A stretch of 63,676 nucleotides of DNA, counting the filler, from Octopus bimaculoides (Eukaryota), in NCBI RefSeq assembly GCF_001194135.2. It is 4 parts of 4 records of this genome, joined end to end, with 100 filler letters (N's around TTAATTAATTAA, not from the genome) between each part and the next. Parts side by side here need not be neighbours in the genome. Positions count along the whole stretch, not along the records: positions 29,594 to 60,298 come from NC_068984.1; positions 60,399 to 62,177 come from NW_026379462.1; positions 62,278 to 63,676 come from NW_026296643.1; 1 more part is not named here. One strand, written 5' to 3'. The notes beneath the pieces were generated by a model. It was not told the DNA's origin. It made no database searches and saw only the letters and a program-made list of their open reading frames with translations. The translations under genes were made by a program, and so were the position numbers. Numbering within the stretch: the first letter of the stretch is position 1; each line of letters starts with the position of its first letter. This document shows positions 52,533-63,676 of this stretch, in pieces.

Positions 52533-52748
52533 CAAGCGGAGCTGAAAAGTGCCTCGTTTCAAGGGTGTCACGAAAGGCCTGGTTGGAGACCCAACATTCC
52601 GAGTTCTTTTACAGGGCTTAGAAAAACTGAAGGACCGCTGCAATAAGTATGTGAGTCTGAGAGGGGAATATGTTGAATAAAATCATAATTAACTGATCCG
52701 CCTTTATTTCCTTTTACCCAAAACCAGGAGCTTTTCAGTATCTCCTCG
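52533..52748. mobile_element. Mariner-type MITE, copy 1
   Basis: TA|CAAGCGGAGCTGAAAAGT...CTTTTCAGTATCTCCTCG; interior colinear with 57409-57608. Confidence 0.85.
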
Positions 52749-52766
52749 TGTGTGTATAGATAGATG

Positions 52767-52842
<76 letters not shown>

Positions 52843-53169
52843 CGTGTGTGTGTATGTATATGAAAAAAATAAACAGGGAGAAAGAATTTTCCGTATTCGA
52901 TGGTAGAGTGATGGAAGCGTCTTTTCCCAAAACCTTGGATTTACCCAACTCATCTTCATGAAAATAGGGTACACGGAAAATATATGGGATTTCACCGGCC
53001 CGCATCGTACATGTAATTCAAAGATTCTCATTGTCGAATGTTGTGTCATACAGACTCACCGGAGAAGTACGCTAAGGATTACACAGCCATTTCATATATT
53101 AGTTCATTGAGTAGGTTATCTGATTGGTCAGACAACTGAGTGCTCATTGATAATATCGACGATGAGTAT

Positions 53170-53373
53170 ATCATTTATTTTGTCGTTTACTTGTTTCGGT
53201 CATCGGACTGCGACAGTGCCGGACTCCTGCCTTCAAGGGATCAATAGAACAGATCCACCCCAGTGCTTATTCTATCGGTTTTATTTGCCGGATCGTTGTG
53301 TTATGGGGACGTAACCAAACTTACAGCAATTATCAAGCAGTGATGAGAGAAAAACACAACAGAAACACACACA

Positions 53374-53413
<40 letters not shown>

Positions 53414-53658
53414 TACACAACACAAAGGCATACACACACGCACCACATATATATGAGTATGTGTCTACACACACATACACACACACACACATATATATAT
53501 GACGCACATCTTTCAGTTTCCGTCTACTGCATCCACACAAAAGCTTGAGTTAGTCTGGAGCTATAGTAGAAGACACCCAAGTTGCTGCACAGTGGGAGTA
53601 AGCCCAAGACAACAAGAGTGGAATGGAAGCATCTTATTCACACAGCCACACATGCGGC

Positions 53659-53660
<2 letters not shown>
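53170..53660 (-). mobile_element. SINE family B, full length, diverged
   Basis: Tail at about 53180, internal (CA)n, head CACACAGCCAC at about 53640. Confidence 0.8.
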
Positions 53661-53700
<40 letters not shown>

Positions 53701-54554
53701 GTCATAAATTNNNNNNNNNNNNNNNNNNNNNNNNNNNNNNNNNNNNNNNNNNNNNNNNNNNNNNNNNNNNNNNNNNNNNNNNNNNNNNNNNNNNNNNNNN
53801 NNNNNNNNNNNNNNNNNNNNNNNNNNNNNNNNNNNNNNNNNNNNNNNNNNNNNNNNNNNNNNNNNNNNNNNNNNNNNNNNNNNNNNNNNNNNNNNNNNNN
53901 NNNNNNNNNNNNNNNNNNNNNNNNNNNNNNNNNNNNNNNNNNNNNNNNNNNNNNNNNNNNNNNNNNNNNNNNNNNNNNNNNNNNNNNNNNNNNNNNNNNN
54001 NNNNNNNNNNNNNNNNNNNNNNNNNNNNNNNNNNNNNNNNNNNNNNNNNNNNNNNNNNNNNNNNACATATTTCAGTTGCGCATTTATGTCTTCATACGTA
54101 TAGAATAGTATTGATATATTTGAATGGAAATATAGATATGCATTTCAACAAACCTTCAATTTGCTCGTTATTTGATATTTTTATTTTTACTGTACTACGC
54201 ATGTACATTTCTCTCTCCCTCTCTCTCCCCTTCTCTTCCTTCCCCCACTACCTCTCTCCTGTGTTTGTCTCTTAACTCTCTCTTTTAATATGTAAAGATA
54301 TATTCCTTGAATAATCCTGTCTTATTAATTAATTCGTTATTTTCCCTCTGGGAATTTGAGTTTCTTTTCTTCAAAAGATTATCCAGCTTTCCTGTATTTA
54401 TAAACAGAATTCCAACTACATTGAATACAAATTGTATTACGAAAGAATTTCTTTGCAAATCAGTATATCTCTCAAATATATTTAACTCTTTCAGTTTTTT
54501 TAGGTTGTCATAAATTATCACCATCACCATTATTATTATTATCAATTTTATTAA

Positions 54555-54900
54555 GGTGGCAACTGGCAGAATCGTTAGCACGTGAGGTAAAATGTTGAGT
54601 GGTATTTCGTCAGTTACGTTCTCAGTTCAAATGCCACCGAGGCTAACTTTGCCTTTCATCCTTTAGGGGTCGAAAAATTAAGTACCAGTTGAACACTGGA
54701 GTCGATGTAATCGACTTACCCCTTCCTTGAAATTGCTGGTCAAAATTTCAAATCATTATATTTTTATTGATAAGGGAGCGAGCTGGCAGAGTCGTTAGCA
54801 TGCAGGATAAAATGTTTAGCTGTATTTTGTCCGTCTGTACGTTCTGTGTTCAAATTCCGTCGAGATCGATTTTTATCCTTTCGATCGATAAAATAAGTCG
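54555..54900 (+). mobile_element. Two SINE family A copies (second is 3'-truncated)
   Basis: Heads at about 54555 and 54775. Confidence 0.85.
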
Positions 54901-55189
54901 AGCGTTATTACTATTACTCCTTGTATTCTTCAACTCTTTTATGTCTTTTTTATGATCACGGATATGCCAAATCCTTTTAAACTACCACTTTATTGCATTC
55001 AGTATCTCATTAAATATATGATTAAATTAGATGCGTTTATCGAACTTAGGTTTGCATTTTGCGGTTCCATATAATATATTCGAGCTTTCATTTATTCTTA
55101 TACGTGTGTGTGTGTGTGCGTCAAAAGATCCATACATGTAAACCCCAATAAATGTGTTGAGTGCCCCTCTTTCGTTTGTATACTCACTC

Positions 55190-55223
<34 letters not shown>

Positions 55224-55229
55224 GTATGT

Positions 55230-55608
55230 ATATCATGAACTCTTCTGTCGTTAGACAACGTATGAGGGTTCGGCAATTTCTTACCGAACAACCACACAGA
55301 GGATTTGTTTATAGTGATCAAATGTTTGTGTTCACATAAGCTCACTCCCTCCATCAAATCGATATTACCGTTACAGGTGCATCATGTGCCACATATCACA
55401 TGACGAAATGATCACAGAGCAATGTGAAGTCAAGTGCACAACGCAACGAACGTCTGGGTATCGAGCCCACGATCTCGCAGTCGTGAGTGTAACACCCTAA
55501 CCATTAAGCCACGTGCCTTCACGAATGCCCAAGGTGCCACGCAGTGGGACTGAACCCGGAACCATGTGGTTGGTAAGCAAGCTACTTACCACACAGCCAC
55601 TCCTACGC
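55230..55608 (-). mobile_element. SINE (family E-like) abutting a SINE family B head
   Basis: tRNA-like head ends at about 55522 and is directly followed by a high-identity B head at 55527-55608. Confidence 0.75.
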
Positions 55609-56690
55609 CCATGTTGAACATTTCCAAAAAATTTTGACCTAAGATTTATAAATCCATTTGTTTTGGTAATAAACATAAAAGTCTGTCAGTTTCTTTTAAA
55701 AATTTGCTCAATTTCATTGAAACAGTTCATTCTGGAATGTATGGTGTAGCGTTGTGAGTTGTTGCGTTGCTCAGGTAAATATTAAAATCAAAGGTCTTCT
55801 CACTGCAAACATCCCATCTTTTTGTTAAGCATATTGTACCAAGGAGTATATTATCCAAAACGTATCTTTCTCTGTTTTTTTTTTTGGCGGGGTGGGGGGC
55901 TGTATTTTCGAGAAGCTTGCTTTCCAACCATGTCGCCTTTGGTTCAGTCCCACCGTGCGGCATATTGGGCAATTCTCTTTCATTACAGCTCTGTGAGGAC
56001 TAAAGCCTTGTGTTTTATATAATTGTCATTACTGTATTGATGTATAAAATAACACATACAACTCACTTATTATTGTCGTAGACAAGCAGAAGTTCGTGTA
56101 TGAAACTNNNNNNNNNNNNNNNNNNNNNNNNNNNNNNNNNNNNNNNNNNNNNNNNNNNNNNNNNNNNNNNNNNNNNNNNNNNNNNNNNNNNNNNNNNNNN
56201 NNNNNNNNNNNNNNNNNNNNNNNNNNNNNNNNNNNNNNNNNNNNNNNNNNNNNNNNNNNNNNNNNNNNNNNNNNNNNNNNNNNNNNNNNNNNNNNNNNNN
56301 NNNNNNNNNNNNNNNNNNNNNNNNNNNNNNNNNNNNNNNNNNNNNNNNNNNNNNNNNNNNNNNNNNNNNNNNNNNNNNNNNNNNNNNNNNNNNNNNNNNN
56401 NNNNNNNNNNNNNNNNNNNNNNNNNNNNNNNNNNNNNNNNNNNNNNNNNNNNNNNNNNNNNNNNNNNNNNNNNNNNNNNNNNNNNNNNNNNNNNNNNNNN
56501 NNNNNNNNNNNNNNNNNNNNNNNNNNNNNNNNNNNNNNNNNNNNNNNNNNNNNNNNNNNNNNNNNNNNNNNNNNNNNNNNNNNNNNNNNNNNNNNNNNNN
56601 NNNNNNNNNNNNNNNNNNNNNNNNNNNNNNNNNNNNNNNNNNNNNNNNNNNNNNNNNNNNNNNNNNNNNNNNNNNNNNNNNNNNNNNNNN

Positions 56691-56722
<32 letters not shown>

Positions 56723-56734
56723 CATCTTTCATTT

Positions 56735-56875
56735 TCCGCCTATCAAATCCGCACACAGGGCTTTGCCCGGCGGGACTATAGTTGGAGATACTTGCCCAAG
56801 AGACCATGCAGAGAAATTGAACACGGAATTGTGTGGTTGGAAAGCTAACTTCTTAACACACAGCCCCGCTTGTGC
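56735..56875 (-). mobile_element. SINE family B 5' half
   Basis: TTTCCGCCTATCAAATCC...ACTTGCCCAAG...ACACACAGCC complement. Confidence 0.75.
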
Positions 56876-57408
56876 TTATTAAATATTTTCGATTATAATA
56901 TATCAAATACTTCCGAAGAAATTCTTTCATGAGAATCTTATTTTCCTTCGATATTTAAAATAGAGAACAAAATGGAATATTATAGAAGGCAAAGTATACA
57001 AATACCGAAGCAAAACATGAATAGAAACATTGGTATGAACTATTTTGGACAAAAGTGGGTGAAGGAAAGAAAAGAAAAAAAACCTTGTTCTTTAGAATCG
57101 TAATATCGAACTGCAATATCGAACCGTAATATTGATGTGGTCAGGAAATATTGAAATATAACGATTATATTTTGCTGGTGAAAAACTGTGGAAACAAATG
57201 AAGAGTAGTAGGATGTGTAGTATTGACCAATGCTTTCTTCATTCGGTAGAGTTATTAAAACATCGGACGAATTACCTTGTATTATTTATTTATTTAGTCT
57301 CATCTCCTTATGTATTGAGTTCTGAACCCTTTCAAGTTAATCACTTGTCTTTTACCTGTGAACCTTCAAAGTTTAAAAGAAAGTCCCAGTGAAGTACTGA
57401 GATGAATA

Positions 57409-57608
57409 CGAGGTCGTGCTGAAAAGTTCCTGGCTTTAAGGGTGTCGCGAAAGGCTTTCCGTGTTCCTTTACCGGGCTTAGAAAATCTGTATAACCGCTG
57501 CAATAAGTGTGTGAGTCTGAGAGGGGAATATGTTCAATAAAATCATAATTAACTGATCCTCCTGTATTTTCTTTTACCCAGAGCCAGGAACTATTCAGTA
57601 CCCCCTCA
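57409..57608. mobile_element. Mariner-type MITE, copy 2 (200 bp)
   Basis: TA TSD at 57407-08 and 57609-10; TIRs CGAGGTCGTGCTGAAAAGTTCCTGGCTTT and TGAGGGGGTACTGAATAGTTCCTGGCTCT. The interior resembles the mariner 3' end. Confidence 0.92.
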
Positions 57609-58312
57609 TATAATCCACTATTCTCTCCTCCTCATATCAAATCTTGAGCAGTTTGCGTAAGCGTAAAAATTAACAACAAACGTTGCGAACCAGAAGACGG
57701 CGTTTGGCATGATTTAGCCCAATGATGTAGAGTTATCACGTAAGAAGANNNNNNNNNNNNNNNNNNNNNNNNNNNNNNNNNNNNNNNNNNNNNNNNNNNN
57801 NNNNNNNNNNNNNNNNNNNNNNNNNNNNNNNNNNNNNNNNNNNNNNNNNNNNNNNNNNNNNNNNNNNNNNNNNNNNNNNNNNNNNNNNNNNNNNNNNNNN
57901 NNNNNNNNNNNNNNNNNNNNNNNNNNNNNNNNNNNNNNNNNNNNNNNNNNNNNNNNNNNNNNNNNNNNNNNNNNNNNNNNNNNNNNNNNNNNNNNNNNNN
58001 NNNNNNNNNNNNNNNNNNNNNNNNNNNNNNNNNNNNNNNNNNNNNNNNNNNNNNNNNNNNNNNNNNNNNNNNNNNNNNNNNNNNNNNNNNNNNNNNNNNN
58101 NNNNNNNNNNNNNNNNNNNNNNNNNNNNNNNNNNNNNNNNNNNNNNNNNNNNNNNNNNNNNNNNNNNNNNNNNNNNNNNNNNNNNNNNNNNNNNNNNNNN
58201 NNNNNNNNNNNNNNNNNNNNNNNNNNNNNNNNNNNNNNNNNNNNNNNNNNNNNNNNNNNNNNNNNNNNNNNNNNNNNNNNNNNNNNNNNNNNNNNNNNNN
58301 NNNNNNNNNNNN

Positions 58313-58377
<65 letters not shown>

Positions 58378-58879
58378 GAATGTATGTATGTGTGTATATA
58401 CGTATGTATGTATACGATGTATACAAAGAGACAGGGGTTATTTTATCAATATGATAAGGCATGCTGCTCAATATTTCATACTTATGATTTTAAGTACAAT
58501 TATTCACATACCAAAACAAGCTCTCGTGATATTTTATTTCCATACGAAGTGAAGTGATTGAGTTTCAGGATTCAATAAGATGAAAGTTAAGTTATGTCCT
58601 TAGCAATGAGGCAATTATCAATATAATCAATGGAGTGTTGTTCAATGGAAGTCAATATTTCAATGTTGTTAATTGCCAGTGTATTTCTTAATAAGTTCAA
58701 AATTCCCAAATTCCCGTTGTCAAGTACTCACGTGAAATCAATAACGGCTGAAGAAATTTTACAACTCTTTCTTTCTTTCTTTCTTTCTTTCTTTGTCCGG
58801 AATACACGGATATCGTCGATATGATACAAGTAGATCGATGACAGAGGTTAAGTAATTGGCAAAAATTTGTTTGAGAGTT

Positions 58880-59074
58880 TTGAGAGTTAGATAAGGGAAA
58901 GAAAGGGGAGAGAGAGGGGGGGGAAAGAAGAGAAAAGGAAGAGAGTTTTAACCAGAAATATTTGCTGTGGTGCTTTGACTGGAAATGGATAAATAGACAT
59001 TTGACCAGGAAAAAGAAGACAAGGAGAGAGAGAATAAAAAAGAAAGAAAGAAAGAAAGAAGAGACATAACGGGA

Positions 59075-59118
<44 letters not shown>

Positions 59119-59166
59119 ATGAATGAAAGGAAGAAAGAAAGAAAAGAAAGAAGGGACATAAAGGGA

Positions 59167-59225
<59 letters not shown>

Positions 59226-59750
59226 GGTGTAAAAAGGAAAGGGATGAAAAGAAAGTATGGAAACGAGAAAAGAAAGGAAGAGAGAGGAAAGCATTAAAGT
59301 TAAGAAAGAGATGAAGGAAGATATAATGAAGGAATGAAATAAGAGATGGAGGGAAGGAAATAAGAGAAGGAGACAAGGAAGGAAGGGAAGAAATTAGGAA
59401 TGAAATAGGGGTAGGAAGGAAGAAAGGAAGAAAGGAAGGCAAAAGGAAAGGAGGAAATAAGGGACGAATGAAAGGAGGAAGAAAGGGAGGAAATAAGGAA
59501 GGAAGGAAGGAAGGAAGGAAGGAAGGAAGGAAGGGGGAGGGAGGAAGGAAGGAAGAAAGGAAGGGGGGAACGAACGAAGAACGGGTAAAAAAAAAAAGAA
59601 TGAAGAGAAGGGAAGAACGTTCGAGGAGAAAAAAGTAAACAAAAGGGAATAAACAAAGAAGAAACGAAGAAAAGAAATGACTAAGCGAAGGAAAATGAGG
59701 ACGAGAAGAAAAGAAAGAAATACTTGAAAGAGGCGAGAGCAGATTTTCGA
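58880..59750. repeat. Polypurine tract of (GAAA)n and (GGAA)n
   Basis: About 870 bp that is almost entirely purine on the plus strand. Confidence 0.95.
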
Positions 59751-60298
59751 GAGGATGTTTTGAAGGTTAAAAGATACTACTTATAATGGCGACACCATCA
59801 CTTGTGATGACTCCAACGGTAGACCTGTCTAGAGACAATGGCAATGGGAATTCAAGAATTCTACTTAACTGAAGTGAGATCAATTGCTGGGGGATCGATA
59901 TCGATAGGAAGGTTAGCTTTCTTTTTATTTTACATAGGTTATCAGTCATTTACTGTTTTGTATGTGAATGTATGAATGTATTTACACACACAAACACAAA
60001 CACACATTTGAAAGTCTATGAGGATTACTTAATACAGTTTTTGAAGTGTTGTGGTGATTTTTTTAAAAATTATTTTTTAAAAAAATGTTACGAAATCTTT
60101 TATGAGGATGTTACTAACCTTTTTGGGGAAGAAGTATTTTTTTCTTGTGTGTGAACGCTTTCGTTAAACCTTTTCAAACGCAGGTGCTCTTAGAGAAAGG
60201 AAGTCGTTATTTTTGTAGTTGTGGTAGAATTATTTCCGGTTTATTTTCGGACTTATGGTTTTAGTTATAAATATTCTTTTACCATTGTTTTACAATAT

Positions 60299-60398
60299 NN
60301 NNNNNNNNNNNNNNNNNNNNNNNNNNNNNNNNNNNNNNNNNNTTAATTAATTAANNNNNNNNNNNNNNNNNNNNNNNNNNNNNNNNNNNNNNNNNNNN
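60299..60398. other. Artificial scaffold-join linker N44-TTAATTAATTAA-N44
   Basis: Identical to the linker at 29494-29593. Confidence 0.95.
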
Positions 60399-62177
60399 TA
60401 TATATATATTAGCATATAATCAGCCATGTGTTAGAGAGCATTAATCAGGTGTAAATGTAAATGCAACTTGTCTGCAAATACTTATATTTGATATAATATA
60501 TCAACTGATGTGAAATGAATTTCTGAGTTTTATGCAAACAGATCACACTTTAGTGTTATTTTCAGACCTACCATTTCTCATATACATCTATATAAGAGAA
60601 GCGACTAAAAACTTTAAATTGTGTAAACATATAAAAGGTCACTGACGCAAAACGCACCCAAAGCCTCGTCCGTGGTGTGTTTATACATCATTATTCATTA
60701 TCAAACAGTCTGTCACCTTATCAACATTGCCATTGTGCTTTAGTAGTAAAATATTTTACATGTTAATTATTGTCACATTGGAGGATTTAATTAACAAGTG
60801 TTAATATATTTATCGATTGAAAAATATAAAAATGTTGTTGTGTGGGTGATGTTGTGTGTACTTATTTCCCAAGATACAGAATCCAATTAGCGTCACTTTT
60901 ATCATCTATGTAAGCTGCAAATTAAATTTTGTTTTATTGTGAAAAATGACATTATATTCTCTATATACTCTAACACAAATATTTTGCATTCTTTGATATA
61001 CAAACCATTAAAGTTGTCTGTATTTTTTGTGATTACAAAATGGATAGTTGAATAAGTATATTTAATAATAGGAAATTGATAAACTTTCCTTTAGTTCTAA
61101 TTCGACACATAAAATAGACTGGCATTTGCGAGAAGAGGTAACAGCATTTAAATCGTGTTCATAATTTTCCCGCGTGATATACTAATTGTAGAGAAATATA
61201 ATTTTGACAATAAAAGTAGTTATATGATTTATTATATGAGATTTTTTCGATACAACAAGTACTTTTTCTACAGCACTTATATTCGCATCGGAGATAAATG
61301 CTTTTCTATCAAAGATGCGTTTTCGGCTGAAAATTCAACAGGCGAATTTTATAAGCGCTTAATTGTCTCAGGAGAATTGTAGTGGTCTCTTATCTAAAAA
61401 TTATATAAAGATAGAAAAATTATTAAAAATATCATAATATCAAAATAATAACCATTCAATAGTCCCCCCTATCCATTATAATAACAAGTATATTATATAC
61501 AAAAAACATCTTACATAAATTATCATTGTTTTAAAGTATCATTGTTTTAAATACAATTTGAACGAAGTTTAAGTTTAAAATAATAATGAAGATAAAATTA
61601 GTACATATTTAACCGGTGTTATAGTTAAAGCTATACTATTTAAAGCTAAAGACGTTTATTTAAGTATAATTAAAAATCAATTGAATAATAGAAAATACAA
61701 GATTATTTATTTCTACAAACGTACTAATAAATATATGAATGAAAAAATTATGAATGGAAAAATTATGATTGAAAAAATTAGGAAAGAAAAAATTATTAAG
61801 AATAAAAGATTAAACTTTATATATATATATACAAAGTTTTAATTTAAAAAAATCTTTAACGATATTATAAACTATAAAGATTAATTATTAATCAAATATT
61901 ATTAATCAAAAATTATCGAAAATATATCAACACTATTCAAATCGAAGTTCTAATATTATGTTGAAATGAAACTATAACTTCTAAATAATTTAGTGTTAAA
62001 TAAGTTATCTATTAAAAATAATCTATAAGGAACCAAATGAATAATATAAAAAACAAGAATACATATCATTTTCAAATAATAGAAAATCTTTAGCAAAGTA
62101 AAAAACAGTACTTATCCACATTTTTCCAAGTATTTCATATTAATTCATTTGCTACTTATTGTTGGTTGAGATATATA

Positions 62178-62277
62178 NNNNNNNNNNNNNNNNNNNNNNN
62201 NNNNNNNNNNNNNNNNNNNNNTTAATTAATTAANNNNNNNNNNNNNNNNNNNNNNNNNNNNNNNNNNNNNNNNNNNN
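62178..62277. other. Artificial scaffold-join linker N44-TTAATTAATTAA-N44
   Basis: Identical to the linker at 29494-29593. Confidence 0.95.
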
Positions 62278-63233
62278 TTTTTTTTTTTTTTTTTTTTTTT
62301 GCTGTTTATTATAAAACTGAATAATGCTCTGTCTATACAGTTGAAAGAATATCTCGCATCTAAAATAAGTTTCTTTGCGAACAATCTCCTTCTTTTATTG
62401 GCCAGTAGAAACATTTCAGTTTGTCATTAAGAGCAGACAAGTCTCAATCAAATAATACGCTACTTCCTTAAAAAGGGACACATTGAACAATATAATCAAT
62501 GGTACTCTGTTCCAGATAAAAATGAGAAGGCTATGGCTTGAATTCTTTTTATTTTGCAGCAGTGGATCTGAGGTTCGATTTTACGAATCAAATCCCTAAA
62601 AGTCCCAGAATTAAACATTTTGTTTACATCTGATCTGAAACCAGAACTGAAGGAAGAATATATTATACCCTGTATTTTTATACTGATCCTGGTTTAGGCA
62701 TTGTTAAATCAATTTATATTACAAATCAATAGACGGTGTTAAGATCACTATATCTGGGTAACCAGATATTTATTACGGAATTAAATACGATATTTTCTTT
62801 AAAATGTATCCAAAGTTGTATATTTATTTTACTTGAAAAACATGTAAACTATGTAGAGTATAATTACAAATAGCCAGTCATTAATAATTAAAATATAGGG
62901 TTTCAATTACAGAAAATAGTGGGTATAAGTAACGAATTATCTTTTGGGGTTTGAAGCTTACAAAAATAATCCCTAACGAATGCTCACCATTTTCGAAAGA
63001 CCCATAGCTGTCATAGGCTTTCCTAGACTGGTTAAACTGTAACTATATTGCTGATCTTCGAAGTTTCAACTGACTAGAGTTCGTTAGAAGTAGCTAGTTA
63101 TCAAATATTACTTTACATGGAGTATATTTGCTGCTCAAATTCATAGAAGATACTTCATTAATATTAGAATATTGATTCAATATAGTTATAGCAGCGCAAC
63201 TGTTTATTGACATTCTTTCTGTCTTTTACTATA

Positions 63234-63450
63234 GGCGGTGAGCTGGCAGAATCCTTAAAGCTTTGAGGGGAGGGGGACACCTCGTGGTATTAGGCCACTT
63301 TGTTCTTAGCATAAATTCCACCATCATCAACTATGCTTTTCATTCCCAACCTGTCCGGGGTCGATGAAATAAAGTATTAGTAAAGTATAGCAGTAAATGG
63401 AGTCGAATGTTGCTTCCCCCTCACAAATACTGGTTCTGTGCCAAATCCCC
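63234..63450 (+). mobile_element. SINE family A, diverged
   Basis: GGCGGTGAGCTGGCAGAATC head and GGGGTCGATGAAATAAAGTA body. Confidence 0.75.
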
Positions 63451-63676
63451 ACTTATTATTCTAGTATTATTTCATGACTATCTCTTGAACAAGTAGTTAC
63501 CAGTCAGTGTACAAGATCGTGGTTTGTATTGATGGGGCACTTTCTGATCTACATTTTGCAGGGTTCTGCACTTTTCTCTCCACACACTGATGTATATATG
63601 CATGTACATATATGCATATATACATATGTATATATATGTATATATATGTATATATATATTTATATATATATACATA

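Overview
Eukaryotic, repeat-saturated, gap-rich genomic DNA. The tRNA-derived SINE families and microsatellite load look like Octopus (recognition from memory, not a database result). I found no intact, identifiable host protein-coding gene; almost all listed ORFs are translated microsatellites or N gaps. Three identical 100-bp linkers (N44-TTAATTAATTAA-N44) show that the window is four artificially joined scaffolds: 1-29493, 29594-60298, 60399-62177 and 62278-63676. Supportable features are about 30 SINE copies in several families, a dead DD34D mariner transposase, two copies of a 200-bp mariner MITE, two Helitron remnants, a decayed non-LTR retrotransposon, a hAT end and three Penelope-type repeats. 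The best leads are: (1) a Helitron whose interior carries the 5' half of a Merlin/IS1595 transposase joined directly to the Helitron helicase C-terminus; (2) a second Helitron remnant abutting a 12-unit conserved-core/variable-spacer array whose substitutions fall mostly in the free positions of overlapping GAAnnTTC (HSF-like) and TTCnnnGAA (STAT-like) motifs; (3) three minimal hammerhead-ribozyme-like motifs with a compensatory base change in stem I; (4) a polypyrimidine-AG|GTAAGT site resembling a recursive splice point; (5) an SINE-free AT-rich scaffold with a 266-codon frame interrupted only by TAA, which may be an alternative genetic code or non-host DNA; (6) POU/Sox/homeodomain motif clusters in unique islands. 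All functional readings are hypotheses.
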